Source of the DNA: the human T2T-CHM13v2.0 reference genome, Homo sapiens | Length of the DNA: 64,000 nucleotides | Direction: 5' to 3' (one strand) | Assembly (NCBI RefSeq): GCF_009914755.1 | Contig: NC_060929.1 | Shown: positions 21,211 to 43,327 of the stretch, piece after piece | How the letters are laid out: the number at the start of each line of letters is the position of its first letter | Numbering within the stretch: position 1 is the first letter of the stretch | Position numbers and translations under genes: made by a program | The notes under the pieces: generated by a model | What the model saw: only the letters and a program-made list of their open reading frames with translations | Databases searched by the model: none | Told to the model about the DNA's origin: nothing

Positions 21211-22284
21211 GTGTTTTTCTGTCAATTGAGAAGAATAACACTGAGATTTGTTGCCGGACTAGAATGGAAGAATGCATATAGAGGCGCTGACATAATGCCT
21301 GGCAGGTGGCACACAGCAAATGACGTAGTGAACGGTGTCACCAGGATTTTGAGAATGGCAGAGGGTGAGCATTGGGGTGGATGGTGGTGTATCCTCACAT
21401 GTATCCCCTCTGGTTCCTTCTCTCAGTTGGAGATTCCAGGGAGGTGTAGGTAGCGCTGTGTACCAGCTTTCCGTAGTCCTGGGGTTGTGTCAGGCAGTCA
21501 AGAAACACTTGTAAATAGATGTGATCTTGGCTGAATCTGTTAATGGATTTGCTGACTGTTATCCTTACTATATAGAAAGCTATTTACATGTAGACCAAAT
21601 TGTAAAGAGCTCACTGTTGATGGCTGATGAAAGTCAGCCAGCCTTCCTTACCTGAAGGGGATAGGGGAGGGACTTCGGGCCTGGAACAAGGATCAGCTCC
21701 AGGCTGCCCGAGGCTAGGTTTTCTTAAGAAGGGAAAGGGGTCATGTCAAAGGCTCCTGCAGGATCTGGCCAGTCCTTCCCACACTCTGCTTGGGTCCTGT
21801 TGTTGAGCATCTGTCTGCCTTGACCTGAGGAAGCAAGGCCCTGCCGAGAGGCAATGAGCCTGGGGACCATAATTAGGTGATTTCATGTAAAATGCTCTTC
21901 AGTTATTTCTTGGGAGGCTGAAGATAGAAAAATATGCGAGCCTCCAGAAGTCCTGAAGCCATCTCTAGATTATCACCCCGAGGAACAGCTAGTTTTCCTT
22001 CCTTGAATTTTTGTTTATCTGTGTAATAGACTTGCTTGTTAGTTGTTGCCAGGCCCCAAGGTTTCTGTGGGTGTGTGTGATGAGGAGGAGGAAAACCCCA
22101 TCGAAAATGCTTAAAGGATTTTGCTGATAAATTTTCTACTAAAAGTGAGTTTCCTAAATCTTCCCGGACAAATACTTACAACTCATTAAGAAATAACTTA
22201 ATTTTTCTGGTTTTCTCTGAACACTAGTGTGTTGCCAGTTTAGAAAAGGGGAAGGGGAGTTGGAGGCAAGAGCTGACCTTTCTA

Positions 22285-22669
<385 letters not shown>

Positions 22670-22814
22670 TTAAGTTAGCTTTTGTGAATCTTGATTGTTG
22701 TCTGTTTCAAATTGGAGAAATGAATACTTCCCCTCAATCAATTTTCAGTACCTTTGTGAGGGGACATACACTGTTGGGGAGTCCACACACTTACATCTGT
22801 CCTCCTAGGAGGTT

Positions 22815-24102
<1,288 letters not shown>

Positions 24103-24270
24103 CTTAAAATTTTATTAAGGGCTTTATTTCTTTGCATGTCAATTTCTCATTGTTCCAGCACCATTTATGAAAAAGATGGAAAGAAATGTTCTGCAAATAA
24201 TATATATGATAAGGGATTTGCATGCAGGAGGGAAAAAAAAAAGTCCTACAACTTGAAAGTAAAAATTACA

Positions 24271-25251
<981 letters not shown>

Positions 25252-25715
25252 ACTTTTTTTTTTTTTTTTTTAGTATTTTAAAGCAGTGTATTTCTTTCAA
25301 CTGTATGTGTTTCAATTAGCCAAAATACAAACAAAACCAAACCAGCAAAATAACCAATAAGTCTTTATCATGAGATTTATTCAACAAGAAGTTATGCCAC
25401 TTCTTATAAGCTCAATTAATAAGAACTTACTACATCTACAAATTACAAGTTGCTGAAGGTTAACATAGTGAAATCAGCCACAAATGTTAAAAATCAAGGA
25501 AAAGTTTATTTAGTCAACAGTCATTCAATAAACAAACATTTAATGAGCACTTGCTGTGGGCGAGGCTGGTCATGGATGAAGCCAAGAAAATAGATCTCTT
25601 ATCTTCCCAGGGCCTTTTAAATGAACCAGTATTTATAAACATTCCAATACATTGCCTGAGAAAACAATTAATATTGCTATTATCATAACTTAGATGCTGA
25701 GATGTGAAAACTTGA

Positions 25716-25979
<264 letters not shown>

Positions 25980-26079
25980 TAAAAATTAGTAGTGATGGTG
26001 AATATTATTGGAAAGGTACAGATACAGAATTCTGGGCGCAATTACATCGAATAAGGCTGAGGTTATAATTAAGCATTAG

Positions 26080-26541
<462 letters not shown>

Positions 26542-27183
26542 TAGTGGTTGAAGCAATGCATAGCAAACCTTTCTACTGCCTTGCAGGTGTTCTAGTTTAA
26601 GCTGAAGTGGTTTGATAGTCTCTTTTTCCCCTTCTCTACCTGCAACCTGAGGATGCTGGGGTTGCTTTTCTTCCTCTTCTAAGCCAGTTAGTGTAATCTT
26701 CCTCCGTGTTCTTGGCCTGCATTTTTCCCCTCTGGGGTGGAGTTCAGTTTACCACTGGAAGATGTTCACATTTTCCAACCCAGCAGACCCCTGGTCAAAC
26801 ATTAAATATAGCTTCATGCTAGCTCTGTGTATCTTCTTGGTCAGGAAAGTATTTTCTCACTACAGAGTTAACCTTCCCGCTAAGAACTTCCCAGAGTAAG
26901 AGTGGATTTATTCAGGTATTGGGTACCTTCTGAGGATATGGATTTCTGTCAACACTGATTTATAACTTTTCATTTTGAAAGGCTTGAAACAACCCATTCA
27001 GAGCCTGGAGGCCATGGCTCATGTGCTAGAAGCTGATAACTTTTGTTATTGGACTTTGGACGGGTAGGGAGTTTGCTTATTGTTATCATCTTTCCTTGGT
27101 AGAGTGCACTTACACATCACTATTTTATATCAGCTCCCCTCCCCCATTCTTGCCTAACTTCAGTGGTGGTTCTTGGTTTTTAA

Positions 27184-28490
<1,307 letters not shown>

Positions 28491-28769
28491 GAGACTACTT
28501 ACAATATCTAGAATAGAATATTTGAACATATTTTCCACCTTTGGATGGGCTCATATCCAATAAGAATTAGATTAAAGCTTATGTCTAAACTTTGAAAGTT
28601 GTACTATCCATCTAATTCTGGGTAGAATGCTTGGTTAGCCCAAGCTGATAATTGAGAACTGAGAAAAAGATCAACACAAAGGGATTTGTCTTGTTATAGT
28701 GGATGATTGTTTTGTTGACAGTTTGGTTATGATGACTTCTTAATGTTTTAAGTGGCCATACTCCTTACC

Positions 28770-29115
28770 TGTCTTTGTGCAGGGTGCCATGATAAAATAC
28801 TGCATGGCTGAAATGATAGACATTTATTTTCTCACAGTTCTGGAGGCTGGAAAGACGAAAGTACCAGCAGCATGGTTGGTTTCTGGTGAGGGCTCTCTTC
28901 CTGGGTTGTAGATGGCTGTCTTCTCACTGTGTCTTCACATGGCAGGGAAAGCAAGGAAGCAAGCTGTCTGGCATCTCTTCTTATAAGGGTACTAATCCCT
29001 TCATGGGGTCCCTTCCTTGACCTCACTGAAACCTAATTACCTCCCAAAGCCCTTATCACATTGGGGATTAGGGCTCTAACATGTGTATTTTGAGAGGGGA
29101 CACAGTTCATAGTAT
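28770..29115 (-). mobile_element. MLT1A/B solo LTR
   Basis: tttattttctcacagttctggaggctggaaag, cttataagggtactaatccc. Confidence 0.82.
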
Positions 29116-29361
29116 TAGTCATAAATGACATAAAAGCTCTGGTTAATACACCCATCTGGGTTATTGTGCCTTTCCTTCAAGAGACCCACTAATAGCTACA
29201 TGTAGTGGATTATCAGGCTGAATTCATCCATCTATTTCCCATGAAATACAGATGAGAGAGGACACTGTGAAATACAATATTTTATATGTTTAATGTTTCA
29301 TGCCTTATGAAGAAAGTCTTGCTATTTTAGTTGGATTTTATTCCTTAATCCCCACCCCCCA

Positions 29362-29425
29362 CTCCCAGTTACGTGAAGGCATAAGAAAAGGATCTCCCAA
29401 TTAAATGAAGGCATAAGAAAAGGAT
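29362..29425. repeat. 32-bp tandem duplication
   Basis: ctcccagttacgtgaaggcataagaaaaggat / ctcccaattaaatgaaggcataagaaaaggat. Confidence 0.9.
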
Positions 29426-29430
29426 CAGGT

Positions 29431-29878
<448 letters not shown>

Positions 29879-29886
29879 TTAAGCAA

Positions 29887-31012
<1,126 letters not shown>

Positions 31013-31599
31013 AAATCTAAGCAAAAGAGATCATAAGGGCATTAATTTGGGGAGCAGGGACATGTGGTTAAGATGCTTTTTGATAACAGTTTGAATTTTC
31101 TACGCTGATTAAAAAAAGAGAAGAACATTTTCTTTTACCCCATACAGTAGAATATAAACCCCATACATAATAAGCAAGAGCTACAAAAAGGTTTTTGGCC
31201 AACATTAATATACACGAAATACTATATTTAGTATACTAAAAGGATAACAATTCAGTTTACTACTAATAATACAGTGATATACATGAAATAGTCATGTATA
31301 GCTCTAATATTCACATATATAATTAAAATCACATTTAAAATTTAAATGACATTAATTTTGAATATTCCTTTTCCCACTCATATAGTTTATGAAGCAAATT
31401 TATTCAAATAATCAGAGCCAAATTTTGAGTCAGCTGAGTCAGTTTTAAGGGTGTATTGCGTTCCATCTTTATTATTTGAAAGACTGTAATATTTATATTC
31501 ATGTACGGTGCTGTCACTGGACATTTTATCCAAGACCACAAGTATTCATATAACCCTGCCACAGTTCCTCCATACCTTCATCCCTTCATCCTATAATTG

Positions 31600-31830
31600 A
31601 AAATAGCTTACGTTTATGGATGCGTTTACTACGTGCCAAATACTGTCATCGGTGCCTTACATGTATTAACTCGTTTATGCAGAGAAATCTGTGAGATTGA
31701 TACCTTATCTCACTTTATTCAGGGAACTAAGGTTCAGAAAGGTCAAATAACTTACCTATGCGCTCAAAGTCACATAGTTCATGAAAGGCAGAGTCAAGAT
31801 TCAAACCCAGCTGTGGAGCTCCAGAGTTCC
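31600..31830 (-). mobile_element. MIR
   Basis: tactacgtgcca, aactaaggttcagaaaggtcaaataacttacc, caaagtcacatag, gattcaaacccag. Confidence 0.8.
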
Positions 31831-31834
31831 TGCA

Positions 31835-32617
<783 letters not shown>

Positions 32618-33718
32618 TGAGATAATTGTGTCTTCTCCCAATAGTAATTTGTCATCCAAATTAATATAATTGAAAGAGGTTCATAATATAATTTGTACAG
32701 ACTCAAATATGTAACAACTTCCTCTTTTATAATAATGTTAGAGAAGAGAAAATATAACCTTATATTTTGACATGTATGGTATGTAAGCCAAATCAATTTG
32801 TGATGATTTGATGGGATAGTTACACTATTTCTGAAACAACTGCTGGTCACTAGGCACTGTACTAGGCTGTTGACATATTACCTATTTTCTCTGAAACTCT
32901 ATAAGGAAAGTAGCATTGTTCTAGTTTTGTAGATGAATCAATTCAGGCTCAGATAATATGAGAAACTTGTCCAGCACAATACAGAGCCTGGGGCAGTAGA
33001 GTTGAGACTCACCCTTTGTGGAGCCATCGCTAAAGCTTCTGTTCTGTGGATGCCACCATGTGGCTTCACTGGGCATACAGAACTGGGTTCAGAAGCCCCT
33101 GACTTGGAGCACGTGGCCACTGCATCGCCCCTGTCAGCTGACTCCTACAGTCCTTCCCGCTTCCTTTCGTTTCTCTGTTTTCTTGCCGAGTCTGGCAGGA
33201 CTTCTGGCTGCAAACAACAGAAATTCCTGTAGCTAGTTTAAGCAGAAAGGGATGTGTTAACGGTTGTTGGTTAGGTGGTTCACAGAAGTTCTGGGAAGAA
33301 CCAAGAATCAGGCTTGGATGTGATGGAGCCAGGAAAAGAGCCAAACCATACCATGAGTCTGTTCTAGCAGAAAAATCATGCTGCCTCCGCTGGCTGCTGA
33401 GTCCCCAGGAGCTGAGGGGATGAATGCCAGGACTGAGCTTCTCTTCTGCCATGCTCCTCAGAAGGCCTGGATCACAATGGGTGACCCTTGCCGCCTCTGT
33501 CACTCACACTGCATCCAGGTTATACTGGGATGCTTCTGATTGGTAGAAATAAGCTCACACGCCTGCAACTCTGGCTGCAATGGGGTATGGTTGTTTCACA
33601 TTTTCTGCTAAATGGGGATTGAGTGAATCAGTCTACAGTGTCTGCCGTACTTAATCCACCCTGGCCCCGGCCCCAGCCCCAGCCCCAGCCTTGGCTCTAC
33701 TACACAAAAGACCAGACA

Positions 33719-34121
33719 GTGTCTTAGTCCATTTGGTCTACTATAACAAATACCATAAATGAGACGGCTTATAAGTAACAAACTTATTTCCCATAGTCTA
33801 GAGGCTGGGAAGTCCAAGATCCAGGTATTAGCTGATTCAGTGTCTGGTGAGGGTCTGCTTTCTGGTTCATAGACGGTGCCTTCTTGCTGGGTCTTCATAT
33901 GGTGGAAGAGGCCAGGCAGTTCTCTAGGGTATCTTTCATAAGGACGCTAATCCCACTCATGAGCGCTCCTCTTTCATGACCTTATCGCTTCCCAAAGGCC
34001 CCACCTCCTAATATCATACCTTGGAGGCTGAGATGGGCCTCCCAAAATTTGTATGCTAAAATCCTAACCCCCAAGGGGGTTCCTCCAATTTTGGAGGAAC
34101 ACAAAGATTCAGACCATAGCA
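33719..34121 (-). mobile_element. MLT1A-type solo LTR with internal micro-inversion
   Basis: Termini tgtcttagtccattt ... attcagaccatagca. Confidence 0.88.
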
Positions 34122-34620
34122 GATGGGTGTCCCATTTGTGCCTCATTCTCTAGTGCTTTGGTGGATACAGACTGAATTGATTGACATTTCTGTGCTTGTC
34201 TAAGTGTAACCAAACCCCGCAATTGACACGCTAGAGAAGGTTCGCCTTGTTCTGTTTCTCCTCCTGTAGCCGATATGGCTAACAGTGGGACTAACGTGAG
34301 GGTCCAAAATGAAAAAACAGCTCAACCACTCAAAGGAAACCCACTCCATGGAGGTGTCTCTCTAGCATGATGGTACTTTCTGAAATTATGTTTTGTTTTA
34401 GTGGAGGAAGGCTTTCTTCTGAAGTCTGGTATACTATTTGGAGTTCATAGGGTGAGGAACATAACCTTCCATTCCCACGTTTCTCTCTGAAGTTCGGGCT
34501 TTCATCTGCTGGGTCCCACATGCTGAGTGCAAGGATAACAAATGTACCCAGTGAACAAAAGTTTAGCGTCTTTTTTTATATGAAAAACATTGCATCCTTC
34601 TTTTAGGGTACAGGTTTTCA

Positions 34621-34989
<369 letters not shown>

Positions 34990-35876
34990 TCAAAGGGAAA
35001 GAAACACAAAGCTAAGATTTAGCCCATGGTCTGCATTACTGAGGACTTCAGGCAAATTGAATTCATATCTCTGATTAATTATCTAGTTTGTACAATTGAA
35101 AAATACGAAGGCTAAGACCCTAAGAGTTACTATATGAAATGTACAAACTCTGGATGCAGTGTCTGATTCATACTATTATAATGTTAACTTCTGGGCATTT
35201 CTAGAAGCCATGAACCTACTGGGTGGGGCTGTTCGTCATGGCTCTTGCTGCCAGTGTGGGTTTCTGTCTTTCTTAGTGTGGTAATCGCATGGATAGTTGA
35301 AATCATCAGGTGAATAAGCAGGTCAAAGTTGAAGGGGGAAAAACCAAATCTGTTTCTTTAACACCATTGTTCACTATGGCCGGGGTTTAGAGCTTACACA
35401 ATATTAGAAGTAGAGTCGTGAAGGATTTTAGTTTGCATTTTTCTGGTAATCTTGAAGTCTTGATTTTGCCAGAGGCTTGCAATTTATGTATTAATTTTCC
35501 TTCAGGTTCATTTAGCAGCAAGCGGAGGAACATTTGCATTTTAACTGTGTCATTCTCCAACCTCTCCCCTACCCCCCAGCACACACTCTCTACTGCTAAA
35601 AGCTAGAGCCAGATGTCACTCCCTGCCTCTGGGTGACAGGAATGTCAGTGTCTGTAACTCTTCAGTGGCTACCAACCCAACCACAGTGTGCCCCAATGAA
35701 CTTTTCCAGTGCCATGTGATCCCAGAATTAAACAGCTAATGAAATTCTCTGCTCAAGTGGCACATGCCTACACGGCTCCAAAACATTAAAACTTGGAGGT
35801 TTTTTCAAAATTAAAATGACTAAATAAAGTTTATTGCATTGTCATTCCAGTAAGTCATACTCAAGATTCTGATCCT

Positions 35877-36170
35877 GGCCGGGCGCGGTGGCTCACGCCC
35901 GTAATCCCAATACTTTGGGGGGCTGAGGCGGGTGGATCACGAGGTCAGGAGTTCAAGACCAGCCTGGCCAAGACAGTGAAACCCCGTCTCTACTAAAAAT
36001 ACAAAAATCAGCCAGGCATGGTGGTGGGCACCTTAATCTCAGCTACTCGGGAGGCTGAGGCAGAGAATTGCTTGAACCCAGGAGGCGGAGGTTGCAGTGA
36101 GCCGAGATTGCACCACTGCACTCCAGCCTGGGTGACAGAGTGAGACTCCATCTCAAAAACAGAAAAAAAA
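35877..36170 (+). mobile_element. AluSg-like
   Basis: TSD aagattctgatcct 35863-35876 and 36169-36182. Confidence 0.95.
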
Positions 36171-38893
36171 GATTCTGATCCTAACACAGGGATCTCATTT
36201 TGAAAAGGAAAAATTTAGGAGTAGATAGAACATGTCTCAGAGGACAACTTTGAAACTTTCAGAGGACAGATGTCAATGTGAGAAAGGGTACTCCAATGAA
36301 ATCTGGTGCCATTGCTAGTGCCATTTTCTTAGATGAGGAAACGGAGACAATAATTCAGTGACAAAGACTGTTTTTGTTCCAGGTGGTGTTCTATTGAAAT
36401 TGAGGCTATGCTGTGTATAGGACCACTTCTTAACACAGAATTGACATAGAAAGCTGGTGAAGCAAACCTAAATTCAGGCTTAGCAGCCGCAGTAATTCTG
36501 ACATGTGCTCATACAGGAGTGGAGGTAGCATGAAATATTTACAGTGAGCCTGGCGGGGACTAGTGTATACAGAGGTTAAGTTCAGCAAAATGTAGGGGGT
36601 GGGGAAAGCCTGAAGTGGTGAAAACGTGTACCTAGTTGTCCCTGTGAGAGAGGCAAAGTTTTGGAGTTGAATTCCTATTTCTTTTAGAAGCTGTAGGGGG
36701 TCTTCATTGGATACCGTTACTTTCTAAACAGAGTATGTTGGGTGTTTCCAGAACTGTGCAATGCTGCAAAGGAATACTGGGACCAGATGCCACCTACCCT
36801 CCTGATGCCTACTTTCCAATTGGAGAAGCATCCCTCACTTGAAATCCCCACGTTATTAGATTGCCGCTGTGACATCCAGGCAAAAAAATGATGAGCCCGT
36901 GGCATCTACACTTGGCCCTTCCTATCAGATTCAGCCTCGTGGCCCCCAGATTCTGCTCATTCCTCAGTTAACCAGTTATGGACCTTCTGTGCTAGGGGCT
37001 GTTCTCCACAGAGACAGCAAACCCTGAGGCCAGGAGTCTCCTCTATTCCTTGCTACTTGTCCTCTGGGCTCTTGACTGAAAGAACCATCTTTGTCTTGCG
37101 TCCAGACATTTCAGCCTAGAAGCAGGCAAACTCTCCAGGAAAGCCCTGCTGTGTCCCCAGGAGAAGGGCATTTCTGGGTTTGGGAGAAAACACCCTGAAG
37201 GCGGGCAAGCTTACCATTTGCTCTATATACAGGCCAGAGAGTTTCAAAGACCCAGGGCCCAGGATGTGAGAGAAGGGAATTCTGATTTGTGTGTATGTGT
37301 TAATTTTTTTTTCAAACACTTAACTCTTCGTAGAGACAAATATTACTCTTTTCAGGTCTGTTTTTGAAAAACAGATGAAAGGACCAGTAGTATGTAGACA
37401 GGTTAATATCCACTTGGCCTTTCTATCTGAGCCCAGTCTTGATTTCATTCTGTCCATGGGGAAAAACTTCCTTTTTACAGTGTACCTACAGAGCGGAGCT
37501 TTGTTCCGAAATCTTTTATTGGGAGCCTTTTGTTTTTAAGAATTTATTGGAGATTGGCTTGGCAGGGACTCCAAGTGTCAGCTTATATGTGTGTTGGGGG
37601 GACAGTGGGAGAGAGAATGTTGGATAGGGGCCCCATATGTGTTCCTGATGATTGTAGGTGCTCATAAAGTCTAAAGACTGAATCTGTAGAGGTTAAACAA
37701 CTGTTTTTTGTTTGTTTTGTTTTGTTTTTAACGCTGGAATTTATTTTTCCATCTTGTTTTTTCTCCCAGACATTTTCTAGCTGCAGAACACTGTGTTTAC
37801 AAAATAAAAAGCCTTCATCATTAGTCCATCCTGGAAGAAGGCATTGGTGTCTGTGTTGGTGGCTTTGGTTGCCCTGCCCGGAGCAGGCTCATCTCCCTCG
37901 GTGTCATTCAGAGACAGTTGGCTGTATCCAAGGGTTGCCTTCCCTACTTCAGTTGCATTGCGTAGAGCAGGCTCAACCCCTCCAGGGGAGGGTGCCCTTG
38001 CGTACCCACAGTCAGGTGTAGAGGCCTGGTTCTACTCCCACTGGGTCCCCGATTGCCCTTGAGCAAGGGTTGAATGACAGTGCCTGTTCATCTTTTCGTT
38101 GCCTCATACCCGGAGCGCTGGCTGTCCCAGCCCAGCAAGTGAGGCCAGGTGAGTTAGGTGTGGTGTTCTTATGCCTTCTGGCACCTTCTGATGTCCCAAT
38201 TCAGGTGCATCTATTTTTAGATTGGGCTTGCCCTGGCTTGAGTGTCACTTTTGCAAGACTGTGACGTTGCACGTGTTCAGCTGTTTTCTTCATGGATCCC
38301 TGGGTGTTCCCTGATTCTCTTTGGAGGCCTTGTGCTCTGCATAGAGCCAGTACAAAACCCCCTTGCTTAGCTGTTCCTGGGCAAGGGCATTTCATCTAGC
38401 TAGAGGTAAAAATTAGTGTCCAGATGCCTGGGGAAGGGAGGGGGCTTACAGGCTTGATGGGACAGTTCACTTGAGTGAGTGTGAGCCTCCTACCAGCATC
38501 CTTCTGGTTTTAGTGAGAGCCCTGTGCTAACTGTCATCATGACAGGCCCAGTTTGTGTGAAACTGTTTATAAACTCCATAAAACCATGTGCAAATGTGGG
38601 GAACTTAGGCTGGCATGAGTGGAAGGAGGTTGATGAGGGACAGGCACTACCTCTTAAACAAGGGTGGGGACACAGTATCTTGCCACACAAGATGGAGGAA
38701 ACCAGATGGAGCTGGCAAGGAAAACAGGGTGAGCCAGTTGAAGTGTTTAGTGGCCACATTCAGGAGTTTGCACTGGATCCAGAAAACCCTTGGGAGCCAC
38801 AGGATTGGGACGATTATTGCATCTGACACTTGTCAGAGAATATTGTAAACTTGTGGCCAAGGAGAGTTAAGAAGGAAATAAAAAGTGAGATCT

Positions 38894-39903
<1,010 letters not shown>

Positions 39904-40987
39904 AGACTGAAGAGGAGTCCCTTGGGGAAAGGAAAGGCACTGAGCTGGGTGAAAGGTCACTGGCATGTTCCATTGGAAATGTCAATTCCTTACATATGAC
40001 ACAGAACCAACTAGGGTGAACAGAGTTCCTGGGATTGAAAAGTGAAGATAGAGAAAGAACCATCTGGAAATCATTCATGGGCATCATTTTGGGCATTTCA
40101 GAATTCTCCTTTGAGGTTTATTATAGTCAGCAAATGGAAAGGACAGAAAAAGACACCTGGTGTTCTGACTGTCTCAGGGATAACCTTTCTTTTTAAATAG
40201 TGTGGTTAATCATGCTAGTTTAAGCTTCTCTTTTGATTTTTAGGGTAGCCTTAATCATTACAATTCTTTTATCTTCCATTAGACTTGGCTCATCCCTAGC
40301 CAGGAAATAATTTGGAAAATAAAAAAGATGAAGGTTACAGTGCTCCTGAGGAGGGAAGTGCAGTTCCCTCCTGAGTGGACCCCCAAGATCTCATTGATGG
40401 CACCGGCACTTAGCCAGCAAGATGACCAGGAGGCTTTTCTGTGCTACTCCAAGAGTGGGTGTTTTGTGTAGCTTTTCCAGGGGAATCCTGGGTGGCATGT
40501 GGTTCCCGGCTTCCTGCTCTTGTCAAGTAACTAGTGGCCTGATTGGAGCTGGCAGCCCCTTTGGGAACCGCTGAGTGCTGACTTCTGAGTCTTTCACCAC
40601 GGCTGTGCACTGAGCTCTCTGTTTTCATTTCCCACTTTCCCCTTTGTCACTTTCAATTACACCAGGACAAGCTATGTATAATTTGGTTAGTGATGTAAAT
40701 AAGCCAAAACAGCAGAAAGATTGAAATGTGAAGAAACTGGTGGAGGAGTGAGTAGGTTTTACTGGAGAGTCGCTGTAACCACAGCTTGACAAATGCCCAC
40801 TGTGGCCGGCACTGAGATGATCTAAAGCACTGTCTCTTGATTTTAGCAAAACCTCTGCAGCTACATTGCACATTTTCATATGAGGAAACTGAGGCATTGA
40901 AAGATTCAGTTATTATTCATATGGCTAGTGAGCAGGAATGCTAAGTTTAGCCCCATAGTTGTTTAACTGAAGCTCATTGTCTTGTCT

Positions 40988-41273
<286 letters not shown>

Positions 41274-41281
41274 GTCTCTCT

Positions 41282-42715
41282 CTTAAGACTTAATTTTTTT
41301 AGAGCAGTTTTAAGTTCACAGCAAAATTGATAAAGAAAAAAAAAAAAGGAAAAAAAAAAAAACGGCCAGGCACAGTGGTTCACACCTGTAATCCGGGTTA
41401 TCGGGGAGAATGAGACAGGAAGATCACTTGAGGCCAGGAGTTTGAGACCAGCCACCTGGGAAATACAGTAAAACCTGTCTCTAAAAAACAATTTTTTTTT
41501 TTTTTATGAACCAGGCGTGGTGGTGTGTGCCTGTAGTTTCGGCTGCCTAGGAGGATGAGGCAGGAGGACTGCTTGAGCCAAGGTCTTTGAGGCTGCAGTG
41601 AGCTATGACTGTGCCACTGCATTCTGGCCTGGGTGACAGAGCAAGACCTAGCCTTTTAAGTTTTTTCTGGCCAGGGGTTTTGGGAGGCTAAAGTGGCCTT
41701 CTTGAGCTCAGGAGTTCGAGACCAGCCTGGGCAACGTGACAAAACCACGTCTCTACCAGAAATACAAAAGTTAGCCAGGCATAGTGGCACGCACCTATAA
41801 TCCCAGCTACTCGGGGGGCTAAGGTGGGAGAATTGCTGGATCCCAGGAAGTTGAGGCTATAGTGGGCTATGAGCGCGCCACTGCACTCCAGCCTTGGTAA
41901 CAGAGTGAGACCCGGTTTCAAAAATAAATAAAAATAAATAAATAAATAATTTTTTCTGAGCGAAAGATAGAGATTTCCTATATATCTCCTTTTCCCACAC
42001 ATGTACAGCCTCCCCCATGATCAACGCCCCCCCCCCACTGGGGTGGTGCATTTGTTAAAATTGATGAACCTCCATTGACATCTTATAATCACCCAATGTC
42101 CACAGTGTACATTAGGGTTCGCTCTTGGTGTTATATATTTAAAAAAAAAAAAAAACCAGGCACTCTGGCTTACACCTGTAATCTGGGCTATAGGGGAGAC
42201 TGAGACAGGAAGATCACTTGAGGCCAGGAATTTGAGACCAGCCTGGGAAATATAGTAAAACCTGTCTCTAAAAAACAATTTTTTTTTTAAACGAACCAGG
42301 CGTGGTGGTGTGTATAATGACACACCAAATGTACAATGACATGTATCCATCATTATCATACAGAGAAGTTTCACTGCCCTAAAAATCCTCTGTGCCCATT
42401 TTTCCCTTTTTCCCTCCAACACTTGGCACCCAGGGATCTTTTTACTGTCTCCATAATTTTGCCGTTTCCAGAATGTCATATAGTTGGAATCATACCACAG
42501 ATGGCCCCTTCAGATTGGCTGCTTTCACTTAGTAACATGCCTTTAAGTTTCCTTCATGTCTTCGTTCCTTAGTAGCTCATTTCTTTTCAGTGTCATGTAA
42601 TACTCCGTTGTCTGCGTGTGCCGCGGTTTATCTAGTCACTTACTCAAGGACATCTTGGTCATTTCCAAGTTTTGGCAATTATGAATGAAGCTGCTGTAAA
42701 CATCTGTGTGCTCAC
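41282..42715 (-). mobile_element. L1MC-type 3' end interrupted by two AluJ (+ 41364-41650, + 41668-41948) and a copied Alu segment (42141-42313)
   Basis: tttagagcagttttaagttcacagcaaaattga ... gtttcactgccctaaaaatcctctgtg ... ttccagaatgtcatatagttggaatcatac. Confidence 0.85.
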
Positions 42716-43030
42716 TGTCTTTTCACAAAACATTCTGTCCCCCTTAAGAGGTTTCATGGAGGACTCACTTAGATCCTCTGTGACAAACGGGACATGGTCA
42801 AAGCCTGGTGCCAGAGAAGAAAGAACATAGGATTTGTTATCAGGCAGATCTGATTTGGTTGGGAATTTGAATCCCAACTCTCCTCCATCTGTGATTTAAA
42901 ATCCTCAATATTCTCTGCCATTAATGTACAGTGCTCTATGAAGCATTTAGCCTTCTGTGGGCACGCTGAAATTCATGTGTGAACTATGCTCAAATGGTTG
43001 TACAGGTAAAAAAAAACTTGAAGCTCTTAA

Positions 43031-43327
43031 GGCTGGGTGCAGTGGCTCACGCCTGTAATCCCAGCACTTCGGGAGGCCAAGGCAAGTGGATCACTTGAGC
43101 TTAGGAGTTCGAGACCAGCCTAGGCAGCATAGTGAAACCCTGTCTCTTCCAAAAATACAAAAAAAAAAATTAGCTGGGTGTGCTGGTCTGCCCCTGCGGT
43201 CCCGGGTACTCAGGAGGCTGAGGCAGGAGGATCGCTTGAGCTTGTGAGGCAGAAGTTGCAGTGAACCAAGATTGTGCCACTGCACTCCCACCTGGGTGAC
43301 AGAGTGAGACCCCATCTCAAAAAAAAA
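43031..43327 (+). mobile_element. AluJb-like
   Basis: TSD ttgaagctctt. Confidence 0.92.
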
